DNA of 64,000 nucleotides, from assembly GCA_951406725.2 (NCBI GenBank), contig OX597814.1:38626001-38690000 (forward strand), given 5' to 3'. Both the position numbers and the translations under genes were made by a program. The notes below the pieces were generated by a model. It did no database searches. It worked only from the letters and a program-made list of their open reading frames with translations, and was not told the DNA's origin. The stretch is from Octopus vulgaris (lineage: Eukaryota). Shown in pieces: positions 41,320 to 55,993 of the stretch; within the stretch, counting starts at the first letter, position 1, and each line of letters begins with the position of its first letter.

Positions 41320-43576
41320 GTATGTATGCATATGTATTATATATAGATGTTGGCATCTATATGTACACACACATATATAATTTATATATACATGCATATA
41401 CATATTTATGTATATATCTGTGTGTAAATGTGTGTGTGTGTGTGTGTGTCTACGCCTATCTATAGATTCAAGTATGGACAAATCGGCATATAATTGGCGC
41501 CAACTATATTCTAATTTTATACATTTTGGTATGGTTTCAAAGGAAGCCAGACAATGCAAATATGTTACAAATGATTAAGAGAAATTATTTATATAAAAGA
41601 TGGGAAAATATACTCTCTTACAAATAAGAGACGAGAATAATTGGAGCAGAAGTAAATAAATAATAGTAATACTACTACTATTACTGTTGATACTATTTTA
41701 ATAACTGTGACATCTTCGTATAAGCGATCGTAACACTTTCTTTTCGGGAAAACAGACTGAAGGTAAGTCTCATCATTTTTAAGCATAACAAAAATCAAAG
41801 ACTAAAACAATTTATTTTGCTACAAGAGCGCGATCGTTCATTACATAAACAATATACAGTTTACAGATAAAATATGAACTTTCTACATACAAGTATGAAG
41901 AAATAAAGAAAACAGGAGAATATGATATTTTAACGTAACTACTTCCTCTTTCCTTTCATTTTTCTTTTTCACATTTGTACATTAAGAGGTGCACGCATAA
42001 TGGAATATATATGTAAACGACACGAATTTGTTCTAGTTGAATTTACTGAAAATATAATGAATATTCTACAGACTCCAAAATTAATTCAGGAATATGACGC
42101 CTCATATATACGTGAAAACTCTTTCCCAACCATCTTCGTAATAATTCCTATATCAGAAAAATTTAATACAAGTCTTGCAACGCCTTGCTTTGTAAAAAGA
42201 GAAAAAACTCTCATATTTGGCAATATTTTACTCAAGGGATTGTTTCCGAAAAAACATTTAAATCGCTCACTGTATAATTGTCGTTGAAAGTATGAAATCT
42301 GTATACATTTTACTCATAATCTTTGGGAACACATTTGGATCCTGGATAAAACTGAATTAAAGTAAATAACGAAGTAGGAAAAATTAAACTACTATGATTA
42401 AAGAGTGTTAATCCACTTTAAAAAAAGACTATTGTGCACGTTTTTGTTTTTCCAGGGCGAGACATGTATCGTGTAACAAGTATAACATGCAGAACAGCAT
42501 TTATAAAAGCCCAAAAGGTTCAGGTCATATATGTGCATTAATTTTACGTCTTAGACCTCTTCTGTACATTCATGGCCACATGCAAATAGGTTTTCTATCT
42601 TTGAAGTCAATATAATAATATCATGTGGGGCATCGAGGGCTCAAACATCACTGCAGCGTTGAAGATATTACTTCAGAATTACTTTGATTCAATAAGATTA
42701 CACCACACGCCCTATACATGATTTATTATATATTCTTTGAGAATACATATGGATGCCTATATGGATACATATATGTATCCGTGAGTGTATTTGCGTATCG
42801 GCAAGCATTTAATATATTTTTCTGTATATCGACGTATAAATTGTACAATAAACAGGAAAACCATTCACTGAATTATCGTTTGAAATGGCTCACAGTTCTC
42901 GATAGACTTGGACATTTAATGTGATCTTAAAAGAAGAATAAGTGTGAAGCGCGTGAGACAAACTAAGAAATTCGAATACAGAATGTATAAGACATTCATT
43001 TATAGGGCATGTGGTGTTATCTTATACAATCCAAATGATTCTGAAGTAATACATTGCTCAACACATCCGATGGCCACAGTTTCCATTTAATGAAGTCCTC
43101 TCAAAATCTTGCGAACGAGACACGACCATCGCGGCTGTGAGGCGATCTTCTTTAAAATTCTACTCTGTACCTTTCCAAAATGTGTGTATATATCTATACG
43201 TATATATTTATATATATATAAACTTTCAGGAACAATAGAGATTTATTGCAGTAGAAGTTTGCCAGCTTTTCCTGTATTGAATTTAGATAAGCTGAAAAAA
43301 TAGTTTTCAACTTATGGTAAGTAGCAGTTGCTGTGTATACGAATAGGAATCCAAAATTGAGAATAGATAAAAATCAGGTGAAATATGTTTCATAGCTAGT
43401 AGAACATCAGAAGTAATAATTGTCTGAACGAGGGGTAATCTCCTAGCTGCTCATTGGGCTAAAAATACCTTAATCAAAAGATATTAACATTGCCAAGGGA
43501 TCCCCCGCTGACTCGACTCACAGATTCGATTTTAACCTGGATTTTATCTACACCGTTGCCTACATTCATATACATG

Positions 43577-43643
<67 letters not shown>

Positions 43644-43735
43644 CATTCCCTACATTTATTCAGATGAATATGGTATTTAATTTAAAGGCACCAGAATTTG
43701 GTATGGTATTATCCATATAAATAAAATGGGATGAT

Positions 43736-43813
43736 TATAATCAAAATAAGCATCAAGGGTATCCAAGGTAGTGTAGATATCCTTGGATATCCTTGTTGCT
43801 TATTTTGATTATA
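43736..43813. other. 33-bp-arm hairpin with 12-nt loop
   Basis: 43736-43768 pairs with 43781-43813 with one mismatch and one G-U on the + strand. Confidence 0.9.
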
Positions 43814-44324
43814 TATATATATATGTATGTATAACGATATAAGGAAGACATATTGATTGTAGTAGTCTGATTCCCATCGTGTTTGCTTTGAGCATATGTT
43901 AGTAATTATAAAGTAATTGATATTGCTCACATCTCTTGTGACGTCGAGTTGCTGTATTATATGATACCTGCCGTGTATGATAATCTATTCAGTGTGAATT
44001 ATATATTGAACTGAGATAACCATTTCTATACAGACGTCTGCCTTAATTCGATCCTCGTCTTCTTAATTAAGCATATTATTTTTGTCGTTCGATGTATGAT
44101 ATTACATGTGTCTAGTGCAAATTTTGATGATTATTTCTGTGCAAATGTACAGAACTTCCAATACTGAATATCCAATTTATTTGGTGTGATTGTGTTTGTT
44201 AGATTTGTATCAACATTTAAAACAAATATTTTCAATGATATTCCACTTGTGAGAAACCCGTATTCTATTTCAAATCTGTAATATTTTAAGACCACCATAT
44301 CCATATTATGATTCTTCTTTTAAT

Positions 44325-47060
44325 TCAGTAGAAAGTGGGCGTCGAATGAAATTGAACCAAATGCAACTCAGCAAGGTGGTGGAGCGCGTCTTGAAAGAGT
44401 TGAAAAAAAACAAAACAAACCATCCTACCAATATGCTAATGGTTGAAATCTTCCCTCCATTACGGGTAACAATATAGGGTGAGAGGAGGAAGAGAAAACC
44501 AAGACAATCACGGTACAAGTTTCAACTGACAGTCGCAGAATTAATAACAGGGGTAGGAATGACAACAACAGCAGTCGCAGCTGTAGTGGTGCTGATAGCA
44601 ACAACAACCACGAAACAGACAACAACTGCAGCGGCAGTGGCAGTAACGAGAGCAACAACAACGAGTGCAAAAGTAACAACAACAAAACCAACTCCAACAA
44701 CAACAGCACAACAAGGAGAACAATACCAATAACAATAACAGGTGCAGCAACGAAAAGCAAGCAACGCTTTACTGTAGACCTCAGAAATAGGGAGCAGTTG
44801 CTACCACAAGTATGGAAACTAATAAAACAAAAGAAGACTTGGGACAAACTGACAATCCCATCAGAGGCAAATGAAGCAGGGGAAATGGGAATGGCGCTTT
44901 TCAGATGCTTCTCAGCAGACACGAAAATAGATATTGAAGTGGCGCTGAGGTGAATCAGAAATGACATCTAATACATATCGAGGGGCAAACAATACGGCAC
45001 AATCATGTACACCTGGACTTGATATTTGGTAGTTTCTGGGATGCGTAATCGCGGAGGGGAGGGATACCGTCCCGATAGAGGTTGACAACAACTGACAGGG
45101 AGGACTGGTCCGGGGTTGGCCTGGAGATACTTCTCCAGATCGGACCCGAACACATAAAGAAAATTTCGGACCTCATTTGTCTCAAAAACTGGATGATCAT
45201 ACATATAACTTGATCAAAAAGAGTCATTACTTCGCGTGTGGAGAAAGGAATCATTTGCGAGCTCGCTGCCCACAAGTGGTACAAAGTGCAAGGGGTTAAG
45301 GGCCTCCACTGATGCCTACGCCTAGATGAGAATCATGAACAATAGTACCAAAGACATTAGCCACCCTAGGCTAAACATGGAAAGCTCTCCCCACCCACCT
45401 CAAACCAACAAAAATACACACATAAACAAGATTATAAACATACACCCAGACACAGACACAGTTACTGCAATAGACCCTTGATCTTTCAGTAGTGAATCCG
45501 AAGGGGAACCAAACGTTCTAAAACAATAAAAAAAGCACAAAAGAAAAACTCCACAAAGCATAGCAGCACCCACAATAAAAAATACAAACACCAACCAGGC
45601 GAACAACTCGCCAAAAACACCAACACCAACACGAACATCATCACTATCACCAGAATCTCTCAAATGCAAACAGCCTAAACAAGAACAGACACTCACACAA
45701 ACTTTAACATTGCAGACACCACACTCATAGCCCTCACAGACACAACAAGACCATCGCCACTACAGTCAAGCAAACAAATTAAGCAAAACCAACATCAAAT
45801 ACCTAACTTCGTACTCATCAGAAGGGACAACGAGTAACTGATGGCTCTCGTAGCACAAAACACGGAATTTGAAACAGGTGTGGGTGTGATATTCAAATTG
45901 ATCACATTCCCCGTACCGAAAGATTTACTTCTGGTGCGAATGTTGCTCGTTTCCTACACAAAAATTCTAGAGATATTTCCAGAGGACGTAAGAATCCCGA
46001 AAGTGAGACCCACATCAAGGCTCAAAGGGGTTCCAAAAATAGCTCTTAAACAAGTTCCACCAGTTATGGTAGTCGAACCACCCGACCTTTACAAGAGACC
46101 GGGAATTAAGTAAACCTTACGCTTCTCTCTTTAGCTTGCCAATATAGCCATACTAGGCGTAGGATTTTTAATGTTCGAGGGCTGGGGTCGATTTGCAAGC
46201 AAGGGCGCCTGCTCAACAACCTCAGGCTTCTAGAACTGGATATAATTTCTCTCAGTGAGACCAGGATTTCCAATACAAGCGCATTGGCTCCCTTCTTCGA
46301 AGACTATTAGATCTTTGCATCAGTTAGACGGCCGAGAATGGGTGGTGGAATGGCAGTGCTGTTTAGGAAAAAAACTGGATCTCGAAGTAAAGTCGAACTT
46401 CTGGGACCTGGAAGGGAAGTTGATTATCCTGCACGTGAGCAATAGTGAAGGTAGCGTCTTTACACTGGTGACCATCTACGCCCCAACCCAAACTAAACGG
46501 CCGGATAACTTTAGGCGTCTGGAAGCTCTTCTAAGTACGTCTCACAATCTACTGTTACTAAGAGACTGGAAAGGAATCTTAAATCAGCGTTGAGATAGTG
46601 TGAGAGTAGCTGATAGAAGATGAATGTGCAAAAGCTTACATCACCTGATCAAATAGTTCCAACTGTCTGACAGTTAACCACGAGATTTCTCTAATGCGCT
46701 AGTGTTGACCTGGAGCAAACGCTTAGGGTAATCAAGATCGTATGTAGATAGGATTTTCACAGGGGAAATAGAGATTAATAGTGTAGGATGTCCACTTTTT
46801 AAAACGGTCGTCTATTCAGACCATAAGTTTGTAATATGTACGGTCGATCCAGATAAGACGCGTATGTTAGCACCTGAGTACTGGAAGCTGAAAATGTCGT
46901 TTTCGGCACGTGTGGCTTACATGGACCGAATCAGCAATTTAGTTAAGCATAAGTTGACAGGGTAGGAGTCGTCAACAACAAGTTGTAAGTGGCCCTTAAA
47001 AGGGAGATTAGTGACGTCTATAGGGTTTAGCAAAGAAATATCATTAGAAAGATTAGAAAA
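44325..47060 (+). mobile_element. L1/Tx1-like LINE, 5' half (decayed ORF1 region plus APE endonuclease)
   Basis: 46155-46900 translates to VGFFNVRGLGS...LDIISL.ETR...GKLIILHV...LVTIYAPT...YVDRIF...YSDHKFV...PEYWKLK, the L1/Tx1 endonuclease signature. Upstream is an A/C-rich decayed ORF1 region. No RT follows. Confidence 0.82.
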
Positions 47061-47416
47061 GAGAAGTGGTTATTAGCTGCGTGTGTGTGTTTGCGTGTGT
47101 GCATGTAAGTGTGATAAAATAAGTTAGTTAGTGCTCTATCAAAAAGTACTTCGTTTTGTTGTTAAGGCAAGTATGATACTAATAGTTTGTTGGATGGCCG
47201 TACTGACTATTATGAGCGTAATATTATTTTCCAATCAAAATCTCTTTACTCCACATGTTGTCCATGTCCATTGTTGTGACGTTGACTGAAGTCAATTTTC
47301 ATCAAGTGAAGTGGACATATGCGCACACACACGCACGCATACGAACACATACATAAATATGTGTATGTGTATATATATATTTATATGTGTATGTGTATAT
47401 ATATATTTATATATGC

Positions 47417-47458
<42 letters not shown>

Positions 47459-48059
47459 GATTAACAGATACAGGTGTCAAACCATTACCGCAGTGTCAAA
47501 AGACTCCTTTATTTGATTAATAAAAGCATTACATCATTGTAAAGAAATCGTGTTCGTGAGATGAATTCATGAACATTAAAATAAATGACATTCAAAATGA
47601 TCTAACGTAGTTTAAAATCTACGGCTCAAAGATATTTTCATGATACTGCTACTTTTTCAGGTGACAGAATTTCTGTCAACGGTTTCTGTACAATGATGTA
47701 ATGCTCTCATTAATCAAATAAAGGAGTCGTTAGAAACGGCTGTAATGGATTGACACTTGTACCTCTACTGTTACTCATAGTTGATTCACTTCGTAAATAT
47801 TATGGGCCCTATATTTATTATAATACATGTCTGAATAACTCAAGAGCAGATTTCTTCACTCATCTTGGAATAATTTTCTACATATATTGCAAGAATATAT
47901 TTCGGTCTGTAATTGTGTACCAAGTTTGATATTTATATAATATTGTCATGTGTGTATATTATTACGACCTAACGAGATGCCTCAATTTAAGTACCTAATT
48001 CAACTGAATCTTACTTATATTGTAATGTTATATTGTGGATCCGTCAACCTACACTTTCT

Positions 48060-49045
48060 TTGATAATTATAATGCTTATGTCAAATATGACAGTTGAGCC
48101 CTGCCGACGATTTGCAGAGAAGCCCGCAGATGTTGCAAGCACGAGTCGGTGGATGTAGCTGATTTTCTTTGCCTTGAACATCTATGCCTGTTAATGCTAG
48201 ATGAAACAAAATCTCATATCATTTTGACAAAGCTATCACCAATTTGTTCGCTCCGATGTTTGATTAAAAGTGCCGTCAAATGTTACACTGACTGATGAGA
48301 GTATATTCTTCAGTTTATCCTTAAATCTGAGCCATGGTCGAACAACATTTCTTTGCTCAATATCAAGCTGGTTGTACGCGAGAATTTTCGGGTATTGTTG
48401 TGTCACTCGTTCTGATGATATGGCCAACTATCACCATTGCGAATGCTTGAAGAAGAGCTTGATTCCACTAATCTTACACTTGTTAAACAGGTCGACAAAA
48501 AATCACTGTATTTTAATGAATAGCCGCACATGGTCTTGCGACACACATTGTACCAGACATATAATTGGATAATGTGTCACTTATAGGATGTCCACAAATC
48601 AAGCCATACGACAGTTTAGTGAGATTGATATCTTTATAGAACTGTATTTTAGTGTTAAGTTTAATGTGCTTTATATTCCATAGGCGATGATGGAGTTCGC
48701 CAAATGCGTTGGATGATTTTCCAAGACGGTTGACGATTTCACCATTAAGGGAAAAGCTTTATTACCAAGATCTGCAAAGGACTCCACGTATTTTAGGGTT
48801 TTCCTGTCAAACTGAAAAGGAGTGTCAAGGATATTGTGAACCGGCGGCCTATGATCAACGCCGCGAATTTGCTTACGGGTAGGGTATGTTTGGTGGATCA
48901 TTTTCGTCTTCTGTATGCCCTTGATCAAATGAAGGGTTTACATGCAGCAGAAAGCCGGTCTAGAAGTTCCTGAACTTCCTTTAAGGAGGTCGCAACTAGT
49001 GGAGGCAACGTCGTGTGGAAAAAGCAGATCACAGACGATACTGGC
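48060..49045 (-). mobile_element. RTE-clade LINE 3' fragment (RT C-half to C2H2 finger)
   Basis: Minus strand: LFPHDVA (decayed LFADD), EVQELLDRLSAACK, LKYVESFADLG (decayed F.YLG), and terminal CNICGLLCKSSAGLNCHI. Confidence 0.8.
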
Positions 49046-49074
49046 GTGTAGCATATAAACATATATATATAAAC

Positions 49075-49131
<57 letters not shown>

Positions 49132-49202
49132 GTGTGTGTGTGTGTGTGTGTGTATGTGTAAGTATGTATATGATGGACATACACAAACACATACACACAC
49201 AC

Positions 49203-49230
<28 letters not shown>

Positions 49231-49234
<4 letters not shown>

Positions 49235-49399
49235 GACAGGCTTCTTTCAGTATCATTCTACCATATCCACTCTCAAGGCTTTCGTCGACCCGATGATACA
49301 GTAGAAGACACTTGTCCAAGTTACTATGCAGTGACACTGAACTCGAACTCCATTGATTGGGAAGAAACTTTCTTACCGCGTAGGCATGGCAGCGCCTAT
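49231..49399 (-). mobile_element. SINE family 3, 5' half including tRNA-like head
   Basis: Reverse complement reads AGGCGCTGCCATGCC...GGTAAGAAAG...GAGTTCAGTG...CTTGGACAAGTGTCTTCTACT...GAGTGGATATGGTAGA...GAAAGAAGCCTGTCG then (TA)n, matching 35827-35920. Confidence 0.8.
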
Positions 49400-50655
49400 G
49401 TCAATAATCTTTTGAGGAAATTCTGGACATATATGTTAGTGCTGTTCTATTTAATGGAAGGTGGAGTGAAGTAATGTTTATCATATCTTTGTGGAGATTA
49501 TAGGTTTCTGAATATTGGAGGAGACGCTCCAATGTGGGTGTTTTTAAGTCTCTTTACAAAGAATTAGAGCTGGTTTACTGGAATAAATATGAGTGGCATA
49601 TGTATGCAAGTTGTTAGAGAGTGAAAATATATGAGAATACATGCGTTAGACTATATGTGGGAATACATCGTTAGTGTATGTGCGAAAACCTATGAGCCCA
49701 CAAATTTCCAAAAACAAGATGTTAGGGAGTGTGTCGCACTGAGTATTCAATCTGTATATGTCACGATCTAATAATCTATGAAAGAATATCAAAACCAGCA
49801 GTATATCCATTAAGAACACTGTAAAATAATTAAATCCGTTCCTTTCCATTTGCGGGCTCCAGACTCAGTAATAAAATACATACAATTGGTTCCGAAATCA
49901 AGACTGAGTGTGTTGTATGAAATTGCTCTGAGACAAATATTGCATCAAAATTAAGGTTATGGTAACATCTGAACATGAGAACCTATATTTTATCTCTGTG
50001 CGTGTTTGCATGTTTACTTTATTTCATGTAATATAGTAATAAAGAGAAAGGAAGAGAATGACAGAGAAAGGAAGAGAGCGACAGAGAACACTTCTATATT
50101 AGGATAAGAGAAAGATTATATATTAGCAAGCGAAGGTTTCTTGAGCAACAGAACCAAGACAAATGAGAATCCTAAGCGGAATATTTGAGTGATAGTCTTC
50201 TGCCTCATGCAATCAAGTGTTAATTTTGAGAGAACCACCAATAACACAATATTGGAGTCCACTGTGAGTAGCATAAGAGAGTGGGACACGAATGTGACGG
50301 GCTGCTGGGCATTGGTTTAATGGGCTTCATTACGTCCGTACTCGTGGTCATAAAATTGAGAATGAGAGAAATATTTTATCCTTTTCCAACTCATATTTTG
50401 AATCCTTTCCCTGCTCTTATAGATTTTCATCCCCACGAATCAAAGCTTAATCTCACTCTTTCTTTATTCTTTTCATTCTCTCTCTCTTCTTTTCTCTCCG
50501 TCTCTTCTTTTCTCTCTCCGTTTTCTTTTCTCTCTCCCTCTCTCTCTCTCTCTCCTTCGTCTTTCGGTTTTCTTTTACCTCAAGCAATGTAACAGATATT
50601 GTCAATATTGTCATTATACTGCATAATATGTATGTGTGTATACAGATAGATAGAT

Positions 50656-50790
<135 letters not shown>

Positions 50791-51373
50791 TGTACGTATG
50801 TATGTATCTAGCTGTTTTATATTATTTTTCTAATATTCTTTCACGCCATTACACTAACTATTTACATTGGATTCAACGAAATTCAGTCCTCCATGTTTAT
50901 GTTTACAATTATATATTTACCTTATTGCGTATATACACAGATGTACGTTTGTGTATGATTTTATACATAATTCTACTGATGCATAATGAGCATTGTTATT
51001 GACTGTAAAGAACACGTTCACTCCGATAAAATAAGTGGCATTATGACAGGATTTGTTCGATAATTCTTTATGCATGATTCATGTGAATTAGTTTCGAAAT
51101 ACTACTCTATATCATAAATATGAAACCAAGTTAAATAACACAGAAATAAAAAAATTTGGACATTTAAAAATATTTATTCATATTTACTATTTGATGACCT
51201 GTAACAGATGCACAATGCAATACCATACAATGTAATAGATGTGCATTAGTTATGTGGGGTTATGGAGCAGTGGTTTCGTGTTTGACACCTGCAATTATAT
51301 TGCATTGTATCGTAGATCTATTGCCGATACCAAAACATATTATCTGTTTATTCTACACTAAATGGTATGGCTC

Positions 51374-51468
<95 letters not shown>

Positions 51469-52189
51469 AAAACTCATGGCGACATAATAATGTCCGATAT
51501 ATGAATATTTGATCAGAAATTCGATATGTGAATATTTGACGTTATGAAACAGATTGTTTGTCTCACAATGCATCGAAATGAACATGTAACAAAATAAAAA
51601 GAGTTAAAAAATCTGAATACAGAATGCTTGACGTTATATATCACGTTTAAACATTCTATTTGCATAATAGTTTTTGATTAAGGTACTAGATTGTGTAATC
51701 GCTTCGGATTCTGCAGCACACGTCACTAGCACACTCAAGTTATATTCGAATGATTTACCAACTGCTCTTTGGTGCTAACAACGATCCATGTGAGATGAGA
51801 AAAAGCCACATACTGCATTATATGTATGTGTGTATACATATATATATATAAGAAATTAAAAATGGAAAATACACACACTTTAAATGGTTGTGATATAATT
51901 TTTAATATATTGAACGGTTTCGCTTTCGCTATTCATGTTATTATGATTTACTTATTTGAATATGTATTTTCTTAAGAAAACATTTTTGTCCATGTTGTGT
52001 GTGATGATATTTACGAGTGAATGACTTCACAAGTAGAAAAGTAAGGGGAGGTAATTTGTTACCGTTATTATTGTTGTTGATGTGGGCAAGGGAGATAACT
52101 GTTCAGCTTTTGGTAAACGGAGGGGAATATATATGTACACACACAAGAAAAAATGTTTCGAAAATCTTTTGTGCGGGGAAATATTTACA

Positions 52190-52258
<69 letters not shown>

Positions 52259-53160
52259 GGGTCATCACATGAATAGTTCAGATTTTATACTTTTTTACTT
52301 TATTAAAATTATGATAACAATATTATTTTTTAATCTAAAATATACTCTCATTCATTTTCTACGAATTTCGTCCATCTGTATGGTAGACTTGTAAGCCCTT
52401 CTTCCAAATTTCGTTTGTCAGTGACGAAAACTACTCCACCAGTAATGTTCTGACCTCGTCTTCAGAGTTCATATTTTTTCCGTCTAAATAATTTTGAAGA
52501 CTACGGAATAAATGCTAAACAGATGGGTCTATATCTGGCGAACATGGTGGGTGGGTGCACCGTTTCACATTCAAACTGCTCAACCCTTTGGAATGTCATC
52601 CTCGCTGTATTTGACCGAACATTATCCTAATGGAAGAACACCTTTCGTCTTGAAACCAATGATGGTCGTTTTCCAGTTGGACGCAGGTGTTGATGAATTG
52701 TTGAATGATCAAATTCAACCTACTCTGCTATTTCCTCAACAGCTACGATGGGATTTTGTCACACCAGGTTTTGCAGGACGTCCGTGTCGAGCGCTACAGA
52801 TTGTCCAGGACGAGTCTCGTTTTCTAGGCTATAGTTTCCGGTTCACCGTTTACACTGGCTTATACATCTTCTCCGATCACCATAAATTCTAATAATTGTT
52901 TTTGCAATAACCGCTGTGTTGTTGCCTTTATTGAACTCATGAAGCCTAATAGGTCGAATATGCTCCGTTGTCACTTCCATTAAAGCTTTAAAAAATAACT
53001 GTTAAAATAGAACTACACGCCTCAAATCTTGCACTAAAAATACGTACAATATAGAATTACTACCCGCATTTATAGCTGATGCTGGCAGGTAATTTATCTT
53101 GCTTACCTGCGCTTTGAATTGATGTAAATTAAAAAACCGCATTCTTTATGGGATGACTCT
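52259..53160 (-). mobile_element. mariner (Tc1/mariner) DNA transposon, internally deleted, transposase pseudogene
   Basis: Imperfect TIRs: GGGTCATCACATGAATAGTTCAGATTTT (52259) versus revcomp GAGTCATCCCATAAAGAATGCGGTTTTT (53159). ATG at 52980 gives MEVTTEHIRPIRLHEFNKG... (HTH region). C-terminal HPPCSPDIDPS.*HLFRSLQNYLDGK is a decayed YSPDLAP motif. The central part of the catalytic domain is missing. Confidence 0.88.
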
Positions 53161-53203
53161 CTTTTTTTCTGTTTGTCTGTCTGTCTGTCTGTCTCTCTCT
53201 ATC

Positions 53204-53275
<72 letters not shown>

Positions 53276-54061
53276 TGATGCGTATGCATAGATCTGTAAC
53301 CATCGATATATCTGTTTGAGGGAATACGTTTCGAATTATTTAAGTGATATTCAAAAAATTGTATTGTTTGAACTTCTGATGCCTTCTTATACTTAAAATT
53401 GTATAAAATCACTGATAATGAAATGAATTGCAAATTGCTTGAACTAGAATATTGAACATAGATTGAACAAATTGATATAACATTGAATATTTGTTTGAAA
53501 GGATATTGACTATAGATAGCAGTACATAATGTTTCTCTGAGTTAGCAACACTGGTTCTAATTTATATGCAAATAGACTAATCAGATATAATTAGAGAAAT
53601 TTGCATGATTAATTTAGTTTTCAATTTCTCTCTTCCGAAAATATTGAATTTTATCCAAGATATACAGATGCTATCATTCTATAATTTTTCAAAGTTGTTT
53701 TCTCTGAAGTTCAGCAACAAAACAATCGCATACATTTTAAACTAAAGTGAATAAATATGCCGTACGAAAATCAGGAAAGAAACAACTATGAGTCTAACTG
53801 CTTAATCTATGTTAATCTCTCATAGTTTAACTAATGAGTAGGTTTGGCAGACCTGGGTACGATACTTGCACGAAGCAAAATGATATCCAAACGCGCAAAA
53901 GCTCTAAGCGCATGGATATTTCTAAGTAAATGTATCTACTTATGCATATATGTTTGAGTGTGCCTATATCTATACCTATCTATCTATATATCTATATATC
54001 TATCTGTGTGTGTGTATGTGTGTGTATATAAATGTCTATATATATATACATATATGTGTGT

Positions 54062-55993
54062 ATCCTTAAATCCTTAAAAATGATTTAGCCCGAAGGCCGC
54101 GGCCATGCTGGGGCACCACCGCTGAATGAGCTACACTAATATGTGAATCCACCTGTGATACGTGGCACTTGATCAACAAGGGAGTTCGATGCTGCTGCCC
54201 GCATCTGTGTCTCCTGCCGTGAGGTAGGTTCATCTGGGACCCCCGACAAGAAGAGATCCAGTTTAGTTTTAAAGAAACCCACATCCACACCATGTAAGTC
54301 TCTCAGGCATTTAGTGAGGATGTTAAAGAGCTGCGGTCCTCTGAAACCCAAGCTGTTGCAGTATCTGGACCTGTATATTGATGGTGATGTTGGAATCTTT
54401 GTCACCATGCAGTGGCGCCCCGTTCTCCGGTTGGGGTAACTTTGAATGCCAAAGTTTGGGACAAGACCCTCAAGGATTTTCCAGATGTATATCACCGCAT
54501 ATCTCTCCCGCCTCCGTTCTAGGGAGAAGAGGTTTAATACTTTCAGTCTTTCCCAGTAGCTGATATTTTGCATTGAGACGATCTTCTTTGTGTAGCTTCT
54601 TTGAATTGCTTCAAGCTCTGCTGTTAGTTTTATATTGTGTGGTGACCATAGTTGGGAGCAGTAGTCCAAGCGGCTGAGGACGAATGTTTTCAATAGGACC
54701 ATCAGTGTCTCCTCCTCTCTTGTTCTGAAAGTTCGGAGAATCCATCCAGCTAGCCGTCGGCATTTTATCACCAGATTAGCAATATGCACTTGGAAAGATG
54801 CATCATTGCTCATGTCAATTCCCAGGTCACGCACTGACTTTGACTCAGGGATTGCAATTCTTCCTGGGCCAGTGTATCCAGTCTGCACGTCGTTTACCTT
54901 TGTGTGCCGGTAGCGCGTGGCCTGGAACTTACCTGCATTAAACTGCATGTTGTTGTCCTCAGCCCACCTGTATATTGTATCCAATTCCTGTTGGAGATGC
55001 GCAATATTTTCAGAGTTTTGTATTGTGTGGGAGACATCTGTGGCATCTGCATAGCTAGCAAGGGTGGCCATCGTAGCAACTAAAGGCATGTCTGAAAGGG
55101 CCACTATGAACAGCAATGGCCCCAAGACAGTGCCTTGTGGAACACCGCTTGTTATTTGTGTTTCTTTGGAGGTGGCTCCATTGCTCACTACTGCCTGTCT
55201 TCTGTCTTTTAGGAAGTTGTGCAGCCACTCTCCAAGTTTTCAGCCTATGCTGAGACCACGCATTTTGTGACAGATCATACCATGGTCGACTTTATCAAAG
55301 GTTTTTGCAAAGTCGAGATATATTACATCCACATTTGAGCCATATAGTAGCTGTTTTAACACCCAGTCATAGTGTTGCAGGAGCTGTGTTAGGCAGCTTC
55401 TACCTGGTCGAAATCCATGCTGGGTGTCAGACTGCAAGTCATTTTCTTCAAGGAACATGATTAGTTTCTTGCGGACTATTCGTTCCATGACTTTGCTGAT
55501 GTTTGATGTCAGAGAAATAGGCCTATAATTTTTAGCATCTTCTCTGCTACCTCCTTTATGGATAGGGCATATTCACCCCTCTTTCAAATTTGACTGGGAG
55601 CTTGCCACTTGCAAGAAAGGTCTGAAAAAGAAGCTGTAGCGGTTTTGCAAGGCCACGTTTGCACGATTTCAGAAGGATCGCTGGAAATCCATCAGGTCCA
55701 GCAGCTGAGTTTCTGTCAATCTCATCTATGGCTAGTGTGATATCATCATCTTCAATGTTGATGTACAAAATTTTTGCCTCTTTGGCCGCAGGTAAAGTGG
55801 CAAAGAATTCTTCTGGGTTGTTTACTTGCCTGTGTCCTAGAGGTGTAGTGAACACACTTTGGAATTGTTCGTTCAGTATTTCACTTATCCTCGTGGGATT
55901 TCCTGTGAGAGAGGCATCTTTTTGGAAGAGACGTCCTAATCACTGGTGCACGGTGGCTGTCTCTTTAGCAAACTTAAAGAAAGCTTTAGGGTT

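Noticed and set aside
44425-44967. 180-aa Leu-rich membrane-like ORF on the minus strand
   Set aside because: Antisense of the (CAA/CAG)-rich ORF1 region of the Tx1-like LINE.
49450-50000. Possible old CR1 C-terminal remnant
   Set aside because: Only vague motif similarity.
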